DNA of 64,000 nt from Escherichia coli (lineage in GTDB: Bacteria; Pseudomonadota; Gammaproteobacteria; Enterobacterales; Enterobacteriaceae). Under the pieces are notes generated by a model, which had not been told where the DNA came from, did not search any database, and saw nothing but the letters and a program-made list of their open reading frames with translations. Below, piece after piece: positions 44,751 through 57,114 of the stretch; the stretch's first letter is position 1, and every line of letters starts with the position of its first letter. Location: assembly GCF_003334765.1 (NCBI RefSeq), contig NZ_QOWT01000005.1. One strand, given 5' to 3'. A program made the position numbers and the translations under genes.

Positions 44751-46358
44751 ATGTATACGCGAAATTTATTATGGCTGGTCAGCCTGGTAAGTGCGGCTCC
44801 TCTCTACGCTGCTGACGTTCCCGCCAACACACCGCTCGCCCCGCAACAAGTCTTTCGTTACAACAATCATAGCGACCCAGGTACGCTCGACCCGCAAAAG
44901 GTGGAGGAGAATACTGCCGCGCAGATTGTGCTGGATCTGTTTGAAGGTCTGGTATGGATGGACGGTGAAGGCCAGGTGCAGCCCGCTCAGGCTGAACGCT
45001 GGGAGATACTGGACGGCGGCAAGCGCTATATTTTCCATCTGCGTAGCGGTTTGCAGTGGTCCGACGGTCAGCCTCTGACGGCAGAGGATTTTGTCCTCGG
45101 CTGGCAGCGCGCGGTTGACCCGAAAACGGCAAGCCCTTTTGCTGGCTATCTGGCACAGGCGCACATTAACAATGCCGCAGCTATTGTTGCGGGTAAAGCA
45201 GATGTTACATCGCTGGGTGTCAAAGCGACGGATGATCGTACTCTTGAAGTTACGCTTGAGCAGCCGGTTCCTTGGTTCACGACGATGCTCGCCTGGCCGA
45301 CGCTGTTCCCGGTTCCTCATCATGTCATCGCTAAACATGGCGATAGCTGGAGTAAGCCAGAGAACATGGTTTACAACGGTGCCTTTGTGCTTGATCAGTG
45401 GGTAGTTAACGAAAAGATTACTGCACGCAAAAATCCAAAGTACCGCGATGCGCAACATACAGTATTGCAACAGGTTGAGTATCTGGCGCTAGATAATTCG
45501 GTCACCGGCTATAACCGCTATCGCGCGGGAGAGGTCGATCTCACCTGGGTTCCGGCGCAGCAAATTCCCGCCATTGAAAAATCACTGCCTGGCGAGCTAC
45601 GAATTATTCCGCGTCTGAACAGCGAATATTACAACTTCAACCTTGAGAAACCGCCATTTAACGATGTGCGAGTGCGTCGGGCGCTATATCTTACGGTTGA
45701 TCGACAGCTTATTGCGCAAAAGGTACTGGGGTTGAGAACGCCCGCAACCACGCTGACGCCGCCAGAGGTAAAAGGCTTTAGCGCGACGACGTTCGATGAA
45801 CTGCAAAAGCCAATGAGTGAGCGCGTCGCGATGGCAAAAGCCTTGCTGAAACAGGCGGGATACGACGCCTCTCATCCGCTACGCTTTGAGCTGTTCTACA
45901 ACAAGTACGATCTGCATGAAAAGACCGCGATAGCGTTGTCTTCCGAATGGAAAAAATGGCTGGGTGCACAGGTGACGCTGCGCACAATGGAGTGGAAAAC
46001 CTATCTTGATGCCCGACGAGCCGGTGATTTCATGCTGTCTCGGCAGTCGTGGGATGCGACGTACAATGATGCTTCCAGCTTCCTGAACACGCTCAAAAGC
46101 GATAGTGAAGAAAACGTCGGTCACTGGAAAAATGCGCAGTATGACGCCTTACTAAACCAGGCCACGCAGATCACTGATGCGACAAAGCGTAATGCGTTAT
46201 ATCAGCAGGCAGAAGTGATCATCAACCAACAGGCACCGCTGATTCCTATCTACTATCAGCCGTTAATCAAACTGCTTAAACCCTACGTTGGCGGTTTTCC
46301 GCTGCATAATCCCCAGGATTATGTCTACAGCAAAGAGTTGTATATCAAGGCACATTGA
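44751..46358 (+). CDS. ygiS: Periplasmic solute-binding protein (OppA/DppA family, ABC-type)
   Basis: Start at ATG 44751 after AAGGA; MYTRNLLWLVSLVSAAPLYA signal peptide; 535 aa. Confidence 0.85.
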   Translation: MYTRNLLWLVSLVSAAPLYAADVPANTPLAPQQVFRYNNHSDPGTLDPQKVEENTAAQIVLDLFEGLVWMDGEGQVQPAQAERWEILDGGKRYIFHLRSGLQWSDGQPLTAEDFVLGWQRAVDPKTASPFAGYLAQAHINNAAAIVAGKADVTSLGVKATDDRTLEVTLEQPVPWFTTMLAWPTLFPVPHHVIAKHGDSWSKPENMVYNGAFVLDQWVVNEKITARKNPKYRDAQHTVLQQVEYLALDNSVTGYNRYRAGEVDLTWVPAQQIPAIEKSLPGELRIIPRLNSEYYNFNLEKPPFNDVRVRRALYLTVDRQLIAQKVLGLRTPATTLTPPEVKGFSATTFDELQKPMSERVAMAKALLKQAGYDASHPLRFELFYNKYDLHEKTAIALSSEWKKWLGAQVTLRTMEWKTYLDARRAGDFMLSRQSWDATYNDASSFLNTLKSDSEENVGHWKNAQYDALLNQATQITDATKRNALYQQAEVIINQQAPLIPIYYQPLIKLLKPYVGGFPLHNPQDYVYSKELYIKAH

Positions 46359-46495
46359 TGCCTTTATCGCCGTCGGAGCACGTCCGGCGGCGCTATTCAC
46401 GCTGATCTCCTGTGACTCGACGCGGCAGATAATGTAGTATCTCCGGCAATATTGCCCCTTTGAAGGCTGGCGAATAAGTTGAGGAATCAGAATTA

Positions 46496-48754
46496 ATGAG
46501 CGATATGGCAGAGCGCCTTGCGCTACATGAATTTACGGAAAACGCCTACTTAAACTACTCCATGTACGTGATCATGGACCGTGCGTTGCCGTTTATTGGT
46601 GATGGTCTGAAACCTGTTCAGCGCCGCATTGTGTATGCGATGTCTGAACTGGGCCTGAATGCCAGCGCCAAATTTAAAAAATCGGCCCGTACCGTCGGTG
46701 ACGTACTGGGTAAATACCATCCGCACGGCGATAGCGCCTGTTATGAAGCGATGGTCCTGATGGCGCAACCGTTCTCTTACCGTTATCCGCTGGTTGATGG
46801 TCAGGGGAACTGGGGCGCGCCGGACGATCCGAAATCGTTCGCGGCAATGCGTTACACCGAATCCCGGTTGTCGAAATATTCCGAGCTGCTATTGAGCGAG
46901 CTGGGGCAGGGGACGGCTGACTGGGTGCCAAACTTCGACGGCACTTTGCAGGAGCCGAAAATGCTGCCTGCCCGTCTGCCAAACATTTTGCTTAACGGCA
47001 CCACCGGTATTGCCGTCGGCATGGCGACCGATATTCCACCGCATAACCTGCGTGAAGTAGCTCAGGCGGCAATCGCATTAATCGACCAGCCGAAAACCAC
47101 GCTCGATCAGCTGCTGGATATCGTGCAGGGGCCGGATTATCCGACTGAAGCGGAAATTATCACTTCGCGCGCCGAGATCCGTAAAATCTACGAGAACGGA
47201 CGTGGTTCAGTGCGTATGCGCGCGGTGTGGAAGAAAGAAGATGGCGCGGTGGTTATCAGCGCATTGCCGCATCAGGTTTCAGGTGCGCGCGTACTGGAGC
47301 AAATTGCTGCGCAAATGCGCAACAAAAAGCTGCCGATGGTTGACGATCTGCGCGATGAATCTGACCACGAGAACCCGACCCGCCTGGTGATTGTGCCGCG
47401 TTCCAACCGCGTGGATATGGATCAGGTGATGAACCACCTCTTCGCTACCACCGATCTGGAAAAGAGCTATCGTATTAACCTTAATATGATCGGTCTGGAT
47501 GGTCGTCCGGCGGTGAAAAACCTGCTGGAAATCCTCTCCGAATGGCTGGTGTTCCGCCGCGATACCGTGCGCCGCCGACTGAACTATCGTCTGGAGAAAG
47601 TCCTCAAGCGCCTGCATATCCTCGAAGGTTTGCTGGTGGCGTTTCTCAATATCGACGAAGTGATTGAGATCATTCGTAATGAAGATGAACCGAAACCGGC
47701 GCTGATGTCGCGGTTTGGCCTTACGGAAACCCAGGCGGAAGCGATCCTCGAACTGAAACTGCGTCATCTTGCCAAACTGGAAGAGATGAAGATTCGCGGT
47801 GAGCAGAGTGAACTGGAAAAAGAGCGCGACCAGTTGCAGGGCATTTTGGCTTCCGAGCGTAAAATGAATAACCTGCTGAAGAAAGAACTGCAGGCAGACG
47901 CGCAAGCCTACGGTGACGATCGTCGTTCGCCGTTGCAGGAACGCGAAGAAGCGAAAGCGATGAGCGAGCACGACATGCTGCCGTCTGAACCTGTCACCAT
48001 TGTGCTGTCGCAGATGGGCTGGGTACGCAGCGCTAAAGGCCATGATATCGACGCGCCGGGCCTGAATTATAAAGCGGGTGATAGCTTCAAAGCGGCGGTG
48101 AAAGGTAAGAGCAACCAACCGGTAGTGTTTGTTGATTCCACCGGTCGTAGCTATGCCATTGACCCGATTACGCTGCCGTCGGCGCGTGGTCAGGGCGAGC
48201 CGCTCACCGGCAAATTAACGTTGCCGCCTGGGGCGACCGTTGACCATATGCTGATGGAAAGCGACGATCAGAAACTGCTGATGGCTTCCGATGCGGGTTA
48301 CGGTTTCGTCTGCACCTTTAACGATCTGGTGGCGCGTAACCGTGCAGGTAAGGCTTTGATCACTTTACCGGAAAATGCCCATGTTATGCCGCCGGTGGTG
48401 ATTGAAGATGCTTCCGATATGCTGCTGGCAATCACTCAGGCAGGCCGTATGTTGATGTTCCCGGTAAGCGATCTGCCGCAGCTGTCGAAGGGCAAAGGCA
48501 ACAAGATTATCAACATTCCATCGGCAGAAGCCGCACGTGGAGAAGATGGTCTGGCGCAACTGTACGTTCTGCCGCCGCAAAGCACGCTGACCATTCATGT
48601 TGGGAAACGCAAAATTAAACTGCGTCCGGAAGAGCTACAGAAAGTCACTGGCGAACGTGGACGCCGCGGTACGTTGATGCGCGGTTTGCAGCGTATCGAT
48701 CGTGTTGAGATCGACTCTCCTCGCCGTGCCAGCAGCGGTGATAGCGAAGAGTAA
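46496..48754 (+). CDS. parC: DNA topoisomerase IV subunit A
   Basis: 752-aa ORF with GyrA-like N-terminal domain (active-site Tyr region AAMRYTE). Confidence 0.96.
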
Positions 48755-48987
48755 TATGCCGGGGAGGGCGCTGTTTCCTCCCGCTTGCAAGGAACGCCGG
48801 ATGAAACGTTAAGTCGTCATCCGGCAGCGTATTCAACCCCCGGAAACGATAAAAATTCCCTTGAAACCGTTGTTTATTCATGCGTTGCGATTAACAATAC
48901 GCTTTTCCAGAGAGCGGCTTTTAACAATGCCCTAACCTGATTTCAGGTGACGTACAATGCCAGTCTCTCAGACCTTCAGAGGGTGTT

Positions 48988-49725
48988 ATGCTATATATCT
49001 TTCGTCTTATTATTACCGTGATTTACAGCATCTTAGTCTGTGTATTCGGCTCCATTTACTGCCTTTTCAGCCCGCGTAACCCGAAACATGTGGCCACCTT
49101 TGGGCATATGTTTGGCCGTCTTGCGCCGCTGTTTGGCCTGAAAGTTGAGTGCCGTAAACCTACAGACGCTGAAAGCTACGGCAATGCTATCTATATCGCT
49201 AACCACCAGAACAACTATGACATGGTGACAGCATCGAACATCGTGCAACCGCCGACGGTGACGGTAGGTAAAAAGAGCTTGCTGTGGATCCCCTTCTTCG
49301 GGCAGTTGTACTGGTTAACCGGCAACTTATTGATCGACAGAAACAATCGCACTAAAGCTCACGGCACCATTGCGGAAGTAGTGAATCACTTCAAAAAACG
49401 CCGTATTTCCATCTGGATGTTCCCGGAAGGAACCCGCAGCCGTGGTCGCGGCCTGCTACCGTTCAAGACTGGAGCATTTCACGCGGCAATTGCGGCGGGC
49501 GTCCCGATTATTCCCGTGTGCGTCTCTACAACTTCGAATAAGATTAATCTTAATCGACTGCACAACGGTCTGGTGATTGTCGAAATGCTGCCGCCAATTG
49601 ACGTCAGTCAGTATGGCAAAGATCAGGTTCGTGAGCTGGCTGCCCATTGTCGTTCGATAATGGAACAAAAAATCGCCGAGCTCGATAAAGAAGTCGCAGA
49701 ACGCGAAGCCGCCGGAAAAGTTTAA
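48988..49725 (+). CDS. plsC: 1-acyl-sn-glycerol-3-phosphate acyltransferase
   Basis: 245-aa ORF with HxxxxD acyltransferase motif (NHQNNYD) and FPEGTR motif. Confidence 0.92.
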   Translation: MLYIFRLIITVIYSILVCVFGSIYCLFSPRNPKHVATFGHMFGRLAPLFGLKVECRKPTDAESYGNAIYIANHQNNYDMVTASNIVQPPTVTVGKKSLLWIPFFGQLYWLTGNLLIDRNNRTKAHGTIAEVVNHFKKRRISIWMFPEGTRSRGRGLLPFKTGAFHAAIAAGVPIIPVCVSTTSNKINLNRLHNGLVIVEMLPPIDVSQYGKDQVRELAAHCRSIMEQKIAELDKEVAEREAAGKV

Positions 49726-49799
49726 GTCGGCAATCTGTATTTTTGCGGGGAACACTTTCCTGCACGGTATTACTTTAGCCAGTTTTACATGGAGCAAAT

Positions 49800-51212
49800 A
49801 TGTCACTCAGTCGGCGTCAGTTCATTCAGGCATCGGGGATTGCACTTTGTGCAGGCGCTGTTCCCCTGAAGGCCAGCGCAGCCGGGCAACAGCAACCGCT
49901 ACCCGTTCCGCCGCTACTTGAATCTCGCCGTGGGCAACCGCTGTTTATGACTGTACAACGTGCGCACTGGTCATTTACGCCAGGGACACGCGCGTCGGTC
50001 TGGGGAATCAATGGTCGTTACCTGGGGCCGACTATCCGCGTCTGGAAGGGCGACGATGTTAAGCTTATTTACAGCAACCGCCTGACAGAAAATGTCTCAA
50101 TGACGGTGGCCGGGCTACAGGTACCAGGCCCGCTGATGGGCGGTCCGGCACGGATGATGTCGCCAAACGCTGACTGGGCACCCGTACTGCCCATTCGCCA
50201 GAACGCAGCTACTCTGTGGTATCACGCCAATACTCCCAACCGCACGGCTCAGCAGGTCTATAACGGCCTTGCCGGAATGTGGCTGGTGGAAGATGAAGTC
50301 AGCAAGTCGCTGCCTATCCCCAACCATTATGGTGTGGATGATTTTCCGGTCATTATCCAGGATAAACGGCTGGATAACTTTGGTACGCCAGAATACAACG
50401 AACCGGGAAGCGGCGGCTTTGTTGGTGATACGCTGCTGGTTAACGGTGTACAAAGCCCGTACGTTGAAGTCTCGCGTGGCTGGGTGCGCTTGCGACTGCT
50501 GAACGCGTCGAACTCTCGTCGCTATCAACTACAGATGAGCGATGGTCGCCCGTTACATGTGATTTCTGGCGATCAGGGATTCCTGCCTGCTCCTGTATCG
50601 GTGAAGCAACTTTCGCTGGCACCGGGCGAGCGCCGCGAGATTCTGGTGGATATGAGCAACGGCGATGAAGTGTCGATCACCTGTGGCGAAGCGGCGAGCA
50701 TTGTTGATCGTATTCGTGGCTTCTTTGAGCCATCCAGTATTCTGGTTTCTACCCTGGTGCTAACGCTGCGCCCAACCGGCCTTCTGCCGCTGGTCACAGA
50801 CAGTCTTCCGATGCGCTTGCTGCCAACTGAAATCATGGCTGGTTCGCCAATTCGCAGTCGCGATATCAGTCTGGGTGATGACCCGGGTATTAATGGACAG
50901 CTGTGGGACGTCAACCGTATTGATGTCACCGCGCAGCAAGGAACGTGGGAACGCTGGACGGTACGCGCGGACGAGCCGCAAGCGTTCCATATTGAAGGCG
51001 TAATGTTCCAGATCCGTAACGTGAATGGCGCGATGCCGTTCCCGGAAGACAGAGGCTGGAAAGATACCGTTTGGGTTGACGGACAAGTGGAGCTGCTTGT
51101 TTATTTCGGTCAGCCTTCCTGGGCGCACTTCCCGTTCTACTTCAACAGTCAGACGCTGGAAATGGCGGACCGTGGCTCGATTGGGCAACTGTTAGTCAAT
51201 CCGGTACCGTAA
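49800..51212 (+). CDS. ftsP: Cell division protein FtsP (multicopper-oxidase-like, Tat-exported)
   Basis: 470-aa ORF with twin-arginine signal MSLSRRQFIQASGIALCAGAVPLKASA. Confidence 0.92.
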   Translation: MSLSRRQFIQASGIALCAGAVPLKASAAGQQQPLPVPPLLESRRGQPLFMTVQRAHWSFTPGTRASVWGINGRYLGPTIRVWKGDDVKLIYSNRLTENVSMTVAGLQVPGPLMGGPARMMSPNADWAPVLPIRQNAATLWYHANTPNRTAQQVYNGLAGMWLVEDEVSKSLPIPNHYGVDDFPVIIQDKRLDNFGTPEYNEPGSGGFVGDTLLVNGVQSPYVEVSRGWVRLRLLNASNSRRYQLQMSDGRPLHVISGDQGFLPAPVSVKQLSLAPGERREILVDMSNGDEVSITCGEAASIVDRIRGFFEPSSILVSTLVLTLRPTGLLPLVTDSLPMRLLPTEIMAGSPIRSRDISLGDDPGINGQLWDVNRIDVTAQQGTWERWTVRADEPQAFHIEGVMFQIRNVNGAMPFPEDRGWKDTVWVDGQVELLVYFGQPSWAHFPFYFNSQTLEMADRGSIGQLLVNPVP

Positions 51213-51219
51213 TCTTCAT

Positions 51220-51250
51220 ACTCGCCCGAGGAGGGCGAGTATGGAATACT
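51220..51250 (+). terminator. Candidate terminator after ftsP
   Basis: actcgccc-gaggag-ggcgagt hairpin; downstream T-rich stretch is interrupted, so weak. Confidence 0.4.
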
Positions 51251-51322
51251 TTTCGATTTCTCTTTCGTTCCGGCTTATAATCCCCGGCCTTTGATTATTT
51301 TTTTATCATTTCTGGAAGCAAA

Positions 51323-53542
51323 ATGAGCTCTATCTCCCTGATCCAACCGGATCGCGACCTGTTCTCCTGGCCGCAGTACTGGGCCGCCTGTTTTGGACCG
51401 GCACCGTTTTTGCCGATGTCTCGTGAAGAGATGGATCAACTTGGCTGGGATAGCTGCGACATCATTTTGGTTACTGGCGACGCGTATGTCGATCACCCAA
51501 GCTTCGGGATGGCGATTTGCGGTCGTATGCTGGAAGCACAGGGCTTTCGCGTCGGGATCATCGCCCAGCCAGACTGGAGCAGCAAAGACGATTTCATGCG
51601 TCTGGGTAAACCGAATCTGTTTTTCGGTGTTACTGCTGGCAACATGGATTCGATGATCAACCGTTATACCGCCGATCGCCGTTTACGTCATGACGATGCC
51701 TACACGCCGGATAACGTCGCGGGTAAGCGCCCGGATCGCGCCACACTGGTTTATACCCAGCGTTGTAAAGAGGCGTGGAAAGATGTACCGGTGATCCTCG
51801 GCGGTATTGAGGCTAGTCTGCGCCGTACCGCACATTATGATTACTGGTCCGATACCGTGCGCCGTTCCGTGCTGGTGGATTCGAAAGCCGACATGCTGAT
51901 GTTTGGTAACGGTGAGCGTCCGCTGGTGGAGGTGGCGCACCGTCTGGCGATGGGCGAGCCGATTAGTGAAATCCGCGATGTGCGTAATACCGCGATTATC
52001 GTGAAAGAGGCGCTGCCTGGCTGGAGCGGCGTGGATTCCACCCGTCTTGATACCCCTGGAAAAATCGACCCAATCCCGCATCCGTATGGTGAAGATTTGC
52101 CGTGCGCGGATAACAAACCGGTGGCACCGAAAAAGCAGGAAGCCAAAGCCGTAACCGTGCAGCCACCGCGCCCGAAACCGTGGGAAAAAACCTACGTGTT
52201 GCTGCCTTCTTTCGAGAAAGTGAAGGGCGATAAAGTGCTGTACGCCCATGCTTCGCGTATTCTGCACCACGAAACCAACCCAGGCTGTGCCCGCGCATTG
52301 ATGCAAAAACACGGCGACCGCTATGTGTGGATCAACCCGCCTGCTATTCCGCTTTCTACCGAAGAGATGGACAGCGTTTTTGCGCTGCCATACAAGCGCG
52401 TGCCACATCCGGCCTATGGCAATGCCCGTATTCCGGCTTACGAAATGATCCGTTTTTCGGTCAACATTATGCGTGGCTGCTTTGGCGGCTGCTCTTTCTG
52501 TTCTATCACCGAGCACGAAGGGCGCATTATTCAGAGCCGTTCCGAAGATTCGATCATTAATGAGATCGAAGCGATCCGCGACACCGTTCCAGGTTTTACG
52601 GGCGTGATTTCCGATCTTGGTGGGCCAACTGCCAACATGTATATGTTGCGCTGCAAATCGCCACGCGCTGAACAAACTTGTCGCCGTTTGTCGTGCGTTT
52701 ATCCGGATATTTGTCCGCACATGGACACGAACCACGAACCAACGATCAACCTCTATCGCCGTGCGCGTGATCTGAAAGGCATTAAAAAGATCCTGATTGC
52801 CTCTGGTGTGCGTTATGACATAGCCGTAGAAGATCCGCGCTATATCAAAGAACTGGCGACCCATCACGTCGGCGGTTATCTGAAGATTGCCCCGGAACAT
52901 ACCGAAGAAGGGCCGTTATCGAAGATGATGAAGCCGGGCATGGGCAGCTATGACCGCTTTAAAGAGCTGTTCGATACTTACTCAAAACAGGCAGGTAAAG
53001 AGCAGTATCTGATCCCCTATTTCATCTCCGCGCACCCCGGTACGCGTGATGAAGATATGGTGAATCTGGCGCTGTGGCTGAAAAAGCACCGCTTCCGCCT
53101 CGACCAGGTGCAGAACTTCTATCCGTCGCCGCTGGCGAACTCAACCACCATGTATTACACCGGGAAAAACCCGCTGGCGAAGATTGGTTATAAGAGCGAA
53201 GACGTCTTCGTACCGAAGGGCGACAAACAGCGTCGTTTGCATAAAGCGTTGTTGCGTTACCACGATCCGGCAAACTGGCCGTTAATCCGCCAGGCGCTGG
53301 AAGCGATGGGCAAAAAGCATCTGATTGGCAGCCGTCGCGATTGCTTAGTGCCTGCGCCAACCATTGAAGAGATGCGTGAAGCTCGTCGCCAGAACCGCAA
53401 TACCCGTCCGGCGTTGACGAAACATACGCCGATGGCGACCCAGCGTCAGACGCCTGCTACGGCAAAAAAAGCGTCGTCTACGCAATCTCGTCCGGTGAAT
53501 GCTGGTGCGAAGAAACGGCCTAAAGCGGCGGTTGGACGTTAA
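51323..53542 (+). CDS. ygiQ: Radical SAM superfamily protein (UPF0313 family)
   Basis: 739-aa ORF with CxxxCxxC cluster motif ([11 protein letters not shown]) and basic C-terminal tail. Confidence 0.88.
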   Translation: MSSISLIQPDRDLFSWPQYWAACFGPAPFLPMSREEMDQLGWDSCDIILVTGDAYVDHPSFGMAICGRMLEAQGFRVGIIAQPDWSSKDDFMRLGKPNLFFGVTAGNMDSMINRYTADRRLRHDDAYTPDNVAGKRPDRATLVYTQRCKEAWKDVPVILGGIEASLRRTAHYDYWSDTVRRSVLVDSKADMLMFGNGERPLVEVAHRLAMGEPISEIRDVRNTAIIVKEALPGWSGVDSTRLDTPGKIDPIPHPYGEDLPCADNKPVAPKKQEAKAVTVQPPRPKPWEKTYVLLPSFEKVKGDKVLYAHASRILHHETNPGCARALMQKHGDRYVWINPPAIPLSTEEMDSVFALPYKRVPHPAYGNARIPAYEMIRFSVNIMRGCFGGCSFCSITEHEGRIIQSRSEDSIINEIEAIRDTVPGFTGVISDLGGPTANMYMLRCKSPRAEQTCRRLSCVYPDICPHMDTNHEPTINLYRRARDLKGIKKILIASGVRYDIAVEDPRYIKELATHHVGGYLKIAPEHTEEGPLSKMMKPGMGSYDRFKELFDTYSKQAGKEQYLIPYFISAHPGTRDEDMVNLALWLKKHRFRLDQVQNFYPSPLANSTTMYYTGKNPLAKIGYKSEDVFVPKGDKQRRLHKALLRYHDPANWPLIRQALEAMGKKHLIGSRRDCLVPAPTIEEMREARRQNRNTRPALTKHTPMATQRQTPATAKKASSTQSRPVNAGAKKRPKAAVGR

Positions 53543-53549
53543 AAAATAT

Positions 53550-53584
53550 CCCCGGCAACTGACACGCTACCGGGGATTTTTTTA
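53550..53584. terminator. Bidirectional terminator between convergent ygiQ and yqhH
   Basis: ccccggc-aactgacacgcta-ccgggg hairpin flanked by AAAAAATAT on one side and ATTTTTTTA on the other. Confidence 0.7.
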
Positions 53585-53842
53585 TCATTCTGCGTACATA
53601 CGCAAGCAGCGCAGGCAATCAAAATAGTCCTGAGCATCAAGACGCGTATTGGCTCTGTTAGCTTCGGATTTGGCAGCATAGATTTGTGGGCGTAGTGCTT
53701 TCATATCCTGCTCAAGCCGGGCGATTTTGGCATTTAATGTTTGCACATTGCTCGCCAGCTGATTGACCTTTTGCTCATTGACGCAGCCACTGAGCAAGCA
53801 GGTTGCCAGAACAACAGCTCCCACGGTGAAAATCGTTTTCAT
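53585..53842 (-). CDS. yqhH: Lpp-like outer-membrane lipoprotein
   Basis: 85-aa ORF, lipobox LLSGC, coiled-coil heptads resembling Braun lipoprotein. Confidence 0.8.
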
Positions 53843-53892
53843 ATAGTGTTCCCTTTTATTTATTGTTCCGGCTAATTGTTATTTAATTCAGC

Positions 53893-54819
53893 TCATTGCT
53901 TTAATCTGGCGGCAGTTTTTGCCTCAATCTGCTTAAGTAGGCTGCCGCTGTTCGGGCGGATAAAATCAGCGATTTCCCACTTGCCTTCGCGCCGCTGTAA
54001 AACCAGTTCTTGCTCTTCGTTGTTGCCATTGGTCAGCGTAAAACGAACATGAATGCGGGCGGAATCGGCGGTTTTCTCCAGGACTCGAATTTCATCAACG
54101 CGTGAAAATAGCGACTCTTCGCCAAAACAGATCGGATTGTCGTAAATAAATTGCCGTTCTATTTGCATATCTTCATCGGGATTATTGGCCGTCTTGAAGG
54201 TGGTTTTATAGAAGGCATTAACCGCCTGGCGGTAAGAGTCGGAAACCACCCACGTCCACGGCCAGCTATAATCAGCAATATGTTCAAAGAGTTCGGCAAC
54301 AAAGGCTTCCGGCTGTTCTTTTTGCAACGAAGCTAAAGCGGCCAGCGTTTTTTCATTCTCGCTATTAACTGCTTGTAAGACGCTGCCATGATTGCTGACA
54401 ATATCGTCAATGACCCAACGACCATTTTCCGCCACCATTTTCAGTGTCTGCGTGGTCTTTTCTTTATCATCTTTAAAGATACGAAAGCGCACAACGGCAT
54501 CGGCATGATCGGCGTCAGTTTGGGTTATCGCAACGCTTTCTAGCACCAGATCGCCAAAATCCTGACAATCACAAACCGGATCATAATCCAGCCAGCCAAT
54601 ATTGCCCGGCAGCGTAAGATTGTCGTTCAGGGTAAGCGCCTGTTGAATACGCGCAGAAGTTATCGCCCGCTCTCCGGTTTCACCAAAATAAGGGGCAGTG
54701 GCATCTGATTTATAGTTCTGATAAATATGCCGGACTGTTTGTTCTACGGTCTGTGAGGGGGGCTGTGCGTGTACGGTAAAACTTGCCAGGGCTGCTAAAA
54801 ACAGAAGTATTATTTTCAT
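53893..54819 (-). CDS. yqhG: DUF3828-family periplasmic protein
   Basis: 308-aa ORF with signal peptide MKIILLFLAALASFTVHA. Confidence 0.8.
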   Translation of the reverse strand: MKIILLFLAALASFTVHAQPPSQTVEQTVRHIYQNYKSDATAPYFGETGERAITSARIQQALTLNDNLTLPGNIGWLDYDPVCDCQDFGDLVLESVAITQTDADHADAVVRFRIFKDDKEKTTQTLKMVAENGRWVIDDIVSNHGSVLQAVNSENEKTLAALASLQKEQPEAFVAELFEHIADYSWPWTWVVSDSYRQAVNAFYKTTFKTANNPDEDMQIERQFIYDNPICFGEESLFSRVDEIRVLEKTADSARIHVRFTLTNGNNEEQELVLQRREGKWEIADFIRPNSGSLLKQIEAKTAARLKQ

Positions 54820-55018
54820 CTGTTTTTCACCTCTCCGTTGCGTTTATCCCGGATATAGATGAGTTGTTCTTTTAAGAGCTTCCGGCTCTGCATGATGATG
54901 TCCTTATATTTGGCATTCCTGAACAAGGAAGAGTAACAACGGGCGGGACGCGAGGGGAATAAATGATTTCTGAAAAGTCCGGTAGCGGAACATTACCGCC
55001 ACCGGGAGAATTTGCATG

Positions 55019-55846
55019 TTAGCCGCCGAACTGGTCAGGATCGGGACCGAGACGCTTGCCCTGATCGAGTTTTGCAATTTCGCCGAGTTCGTCTTTGTCG
55101 AGACGGAAATCCCAGACATCAAAGTTTTCGGCAATACGTGAAGGTGTGACCGATTTCGGGATCACCACCAGGCCGCTATCCAGATGCCAGCGGATAACAA
55201 TCTGCGCCGGGGTTTTGCCGTATTTATCTGCCAGATCGCGAATGACTTTCTGATCGAAAACGCCTTTCCCTCCTTGCGCTAATGGGCTCCAGGATTCGGT
55301 CTGGATTTTGTGTGTCGCGTTCCAGGCGTGTAGCTGGCGTTGTTGCATCAGCGGATGAAGTTCGATCTGGTTTATCACAGGCGTCACGCCAGTTTCATCA
55401 ATCAGGCGTTGCAGGTGATGGATCTGGAAGTTGCACACGCCGATGCTTTTGATTAATCCCTCTTTTTGCAATTCGATCATGCCTTTCCATGCTTCGACAT
55501 AATGGTCGATAGCGGGAACGGGCCAGTGCATTAAGTAGAGGTCGATATAATCAAGCTGGAGTTTTTTCAGGCTGTCGAGCAGGGCTTCGCGGGGGCGCTT
55601 GTGGTCGTCGTTCCACAGCTTAGTGGTGATGAACAGTTCTTCTCTGTTGACTGAGGCATTTTTCAGGGCTTTGCCGACACCTTCTTCGTTCTTGTAGGCC
55701 GCGGCGGTATCAATCGAGCGATAACCCACTTCTAACGCTTTTTGAATGGCGGTGATTACTTCCTCATTACTTGCTTGCCAGACGCCCAGTCCCAGCTGGG
55801 GCATGACATTGCCATCCTGTAGCTTAATAACGGTTGGATTAGCCAT
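55019..55846 (-). CDS. dkgA: 2,5-diketo-D-gluconate reductase A / methylglyoxal reductase (aldo-keto reductase)
   Basis: 275-aa ORF MANPTVIKLQDGNVMPQLGLGVWQ... with AAGGAGGA SD. Confidence 0.92.
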   Translation of the reverse strand: MANPTVIKLQDGNVMPQLGLGVWQASNEEVITAIQKALEVGYRSIDTAAAYKNEEGVGKALKNASVNREELFITTKLWNDDHKRPREALLDSLKKLQLDYIDLYLMHWPVPAIDHYVEAWKGMIELQKEGLIKSIGVCNFQIHHLQRLIDETGVTPVINQIELHPLMQQRQLHAWNATHKIQTESWSPLAQGGKGVFDQKVIRDLADKYGKTPAQIVIRWHLDSGLVVIPKSVTPSRIAENFDVWDFRLDKDELGEIAKLDQGKRLGPDPDQFGG

Positions 55847-55950
55847 ACGTTCCTCCTTTATATGAACTCACCGGAGCAGGCTCCGGTGAGGTGTTGTGAA
55901 CTTAAGTCTGGACGAAATGCCCGAAAACGAAAGTTTGAGGCGTAAAAAGC

Positions 55951-57114
55951 TTAGCGGGCGGCTTCGTATATACGGCGGCTGACATCCAACGTAATGTCAT
56001 GATTTTCGCCCAGTTGGGTCATGCCGTGCTCTTCCAGTTTTTTCAGCAAAGCCGGGATGGAGCTGCCGTCCAGACCGTAGTCGGAGAGGTGGGTCGGCAC
56101 GCCTAATTGCTCAAAGAAATTGCGGGTTGCGGCAATCGCGGCGTCAATACGCTCATCATCGGAACCTTCAGTGATGTTCCAGACGCGTTCAGCATATTGC
56201 AGCAGCTTAGCGCGCTTGGTATCGCGTTTTTCATTCCACAGTGCAGGCAGGACGATAGCCAGTGTTTGCGCGTGATCCAGACCGTGCATCGCAGTCAGTT
56301 CGTGGCCCAGCATATGCGTTGCCCAGTCCTGCGGTACGCCAGCGCCAATCAAACCGTTCAGCGCCTGAGTCGCCGCCCACATGACGTTGGCGCGCACATC
56401 GTAGTTTTCTGGCTCTTTCAGGGCTTTCGGACCATCTTCGATTAGCGTCAGCAAAATGCCTTCTGCGAAACGGTCCTGAATTTTGGCATCAACCGGTTTG
56501 GTAACATACTGTTCCACGGTGTGTACAAAGGCGTCCACTACGCCGTTAGCCACCTGACGCGGCGGCAGGGTGTAGGTATAAACCGGATCGAGCACGGCAA
56601 ATACCGGCTGAACATGGGCAGAATGGAACGCCTGCTTGTCGCCTGTGGTTTTACGGGAGATCACCGCGCCTGCGTTGGATTCTGAACCGGTTGCTGGCAG
56701 CGTCAGCACACAGCCCATCGGGATGGCGCTTTTAATCTCTTTACCGCCCGTTTGCAGAATGTGCCACGGATCGATATTTTCCGGATAGTTAGCCGCTGCG
56801 GCGATAAATTTGGTGCCGTCCAGTACAGAACCGCCGCCAACCGCCAGCAGGAAAGTCACTTTCTGTTCGCGAACCAGTTTCACGGCGTTCATCAGCGTTT
56901 CATAAGCCGGGTTTGGCTCAATACCGCCAAATTCCAGCACGTCCATGCCTTTCAGGGCATCCAGAACTTGATCGAGAACGCCGGTTTTTTTCACGCTGCC
57001 GCCGCCGTAGGTAATCAATACGCGAGCATCGTGAGGAATTTGTTCGCGTAAACCAGCGATTGCGCCTTTACCAAACAGAATGCGGGTTGGGGTGTGCAGA
57101 TTAAAGTTGTTCAT
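55951..57114 (-). CDS. yqhD: NADPH-dependent aldehyde reductase (iron-containing alcohol dehydrogenase family)
   Basis: Start at ATG 57112-57114 ([27 protein letters not shown]..., 387 aa); ORF track begins 8 codons upstream. Confidence 0.92.
   Translation of the reverse strand: MNNFNLHTPTRILFGKGAIAGLREQIPHDARVLITYGGGSVKKTGVLDQVLDALKGMDVLEFGGIEPNPAYETLMNAVKLVREQKVTFLLAVGGGSVLDGTKFIAAAANYPENIDPWHILQTGGKEIKSAIPMGCVLTLPATGSESNAGAVISRKTTGDKQAFHSAHVQPVFAVLDPVYTYTLPPRQVANGVVDAFVHTVEQYVTKPVDAKIQDRFAEGILLTLIEDGPKALKEPENYDVRANVMWAATQALNGLIGAGVPQDWATHMLGHELTAMHGLDHAQTLAIVLPALWNEKRDTKRAKLLQYAERVWNITEGSDDERIDAAIAATRNFFEQLGVPTHLSDYGLDGSSIPALLKKLEEHGMTQLGENHDITLDVSRRIYEAAR

Noticed and set aside
47279-48118. 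279-aa minus-strand ORF inside parC
   Set aside because: Antisense to a highly conserved topoisomerase gene, no recognisable motifs and biased composition typical of stop-free antisense frames in GC-rich coding DNA; treated as spurious.
48780-48840. REP-like hairpins after parC (GGGAGG...CCTCCC and GCCGGATGA...TCATCCGGC)
   Set aside because: Inverted repeats are real but lack a following U tract and do not match the REP consensus well; probably simple mRNA 3' stabilising structures, not reported as features.
51683-52900. 405-aa minus-strand ORF inside ygiQ
   Set aside because: Antisense to the radical-SAM gene, His/Arg-rich low-complexity translation, no RBS; spurious.
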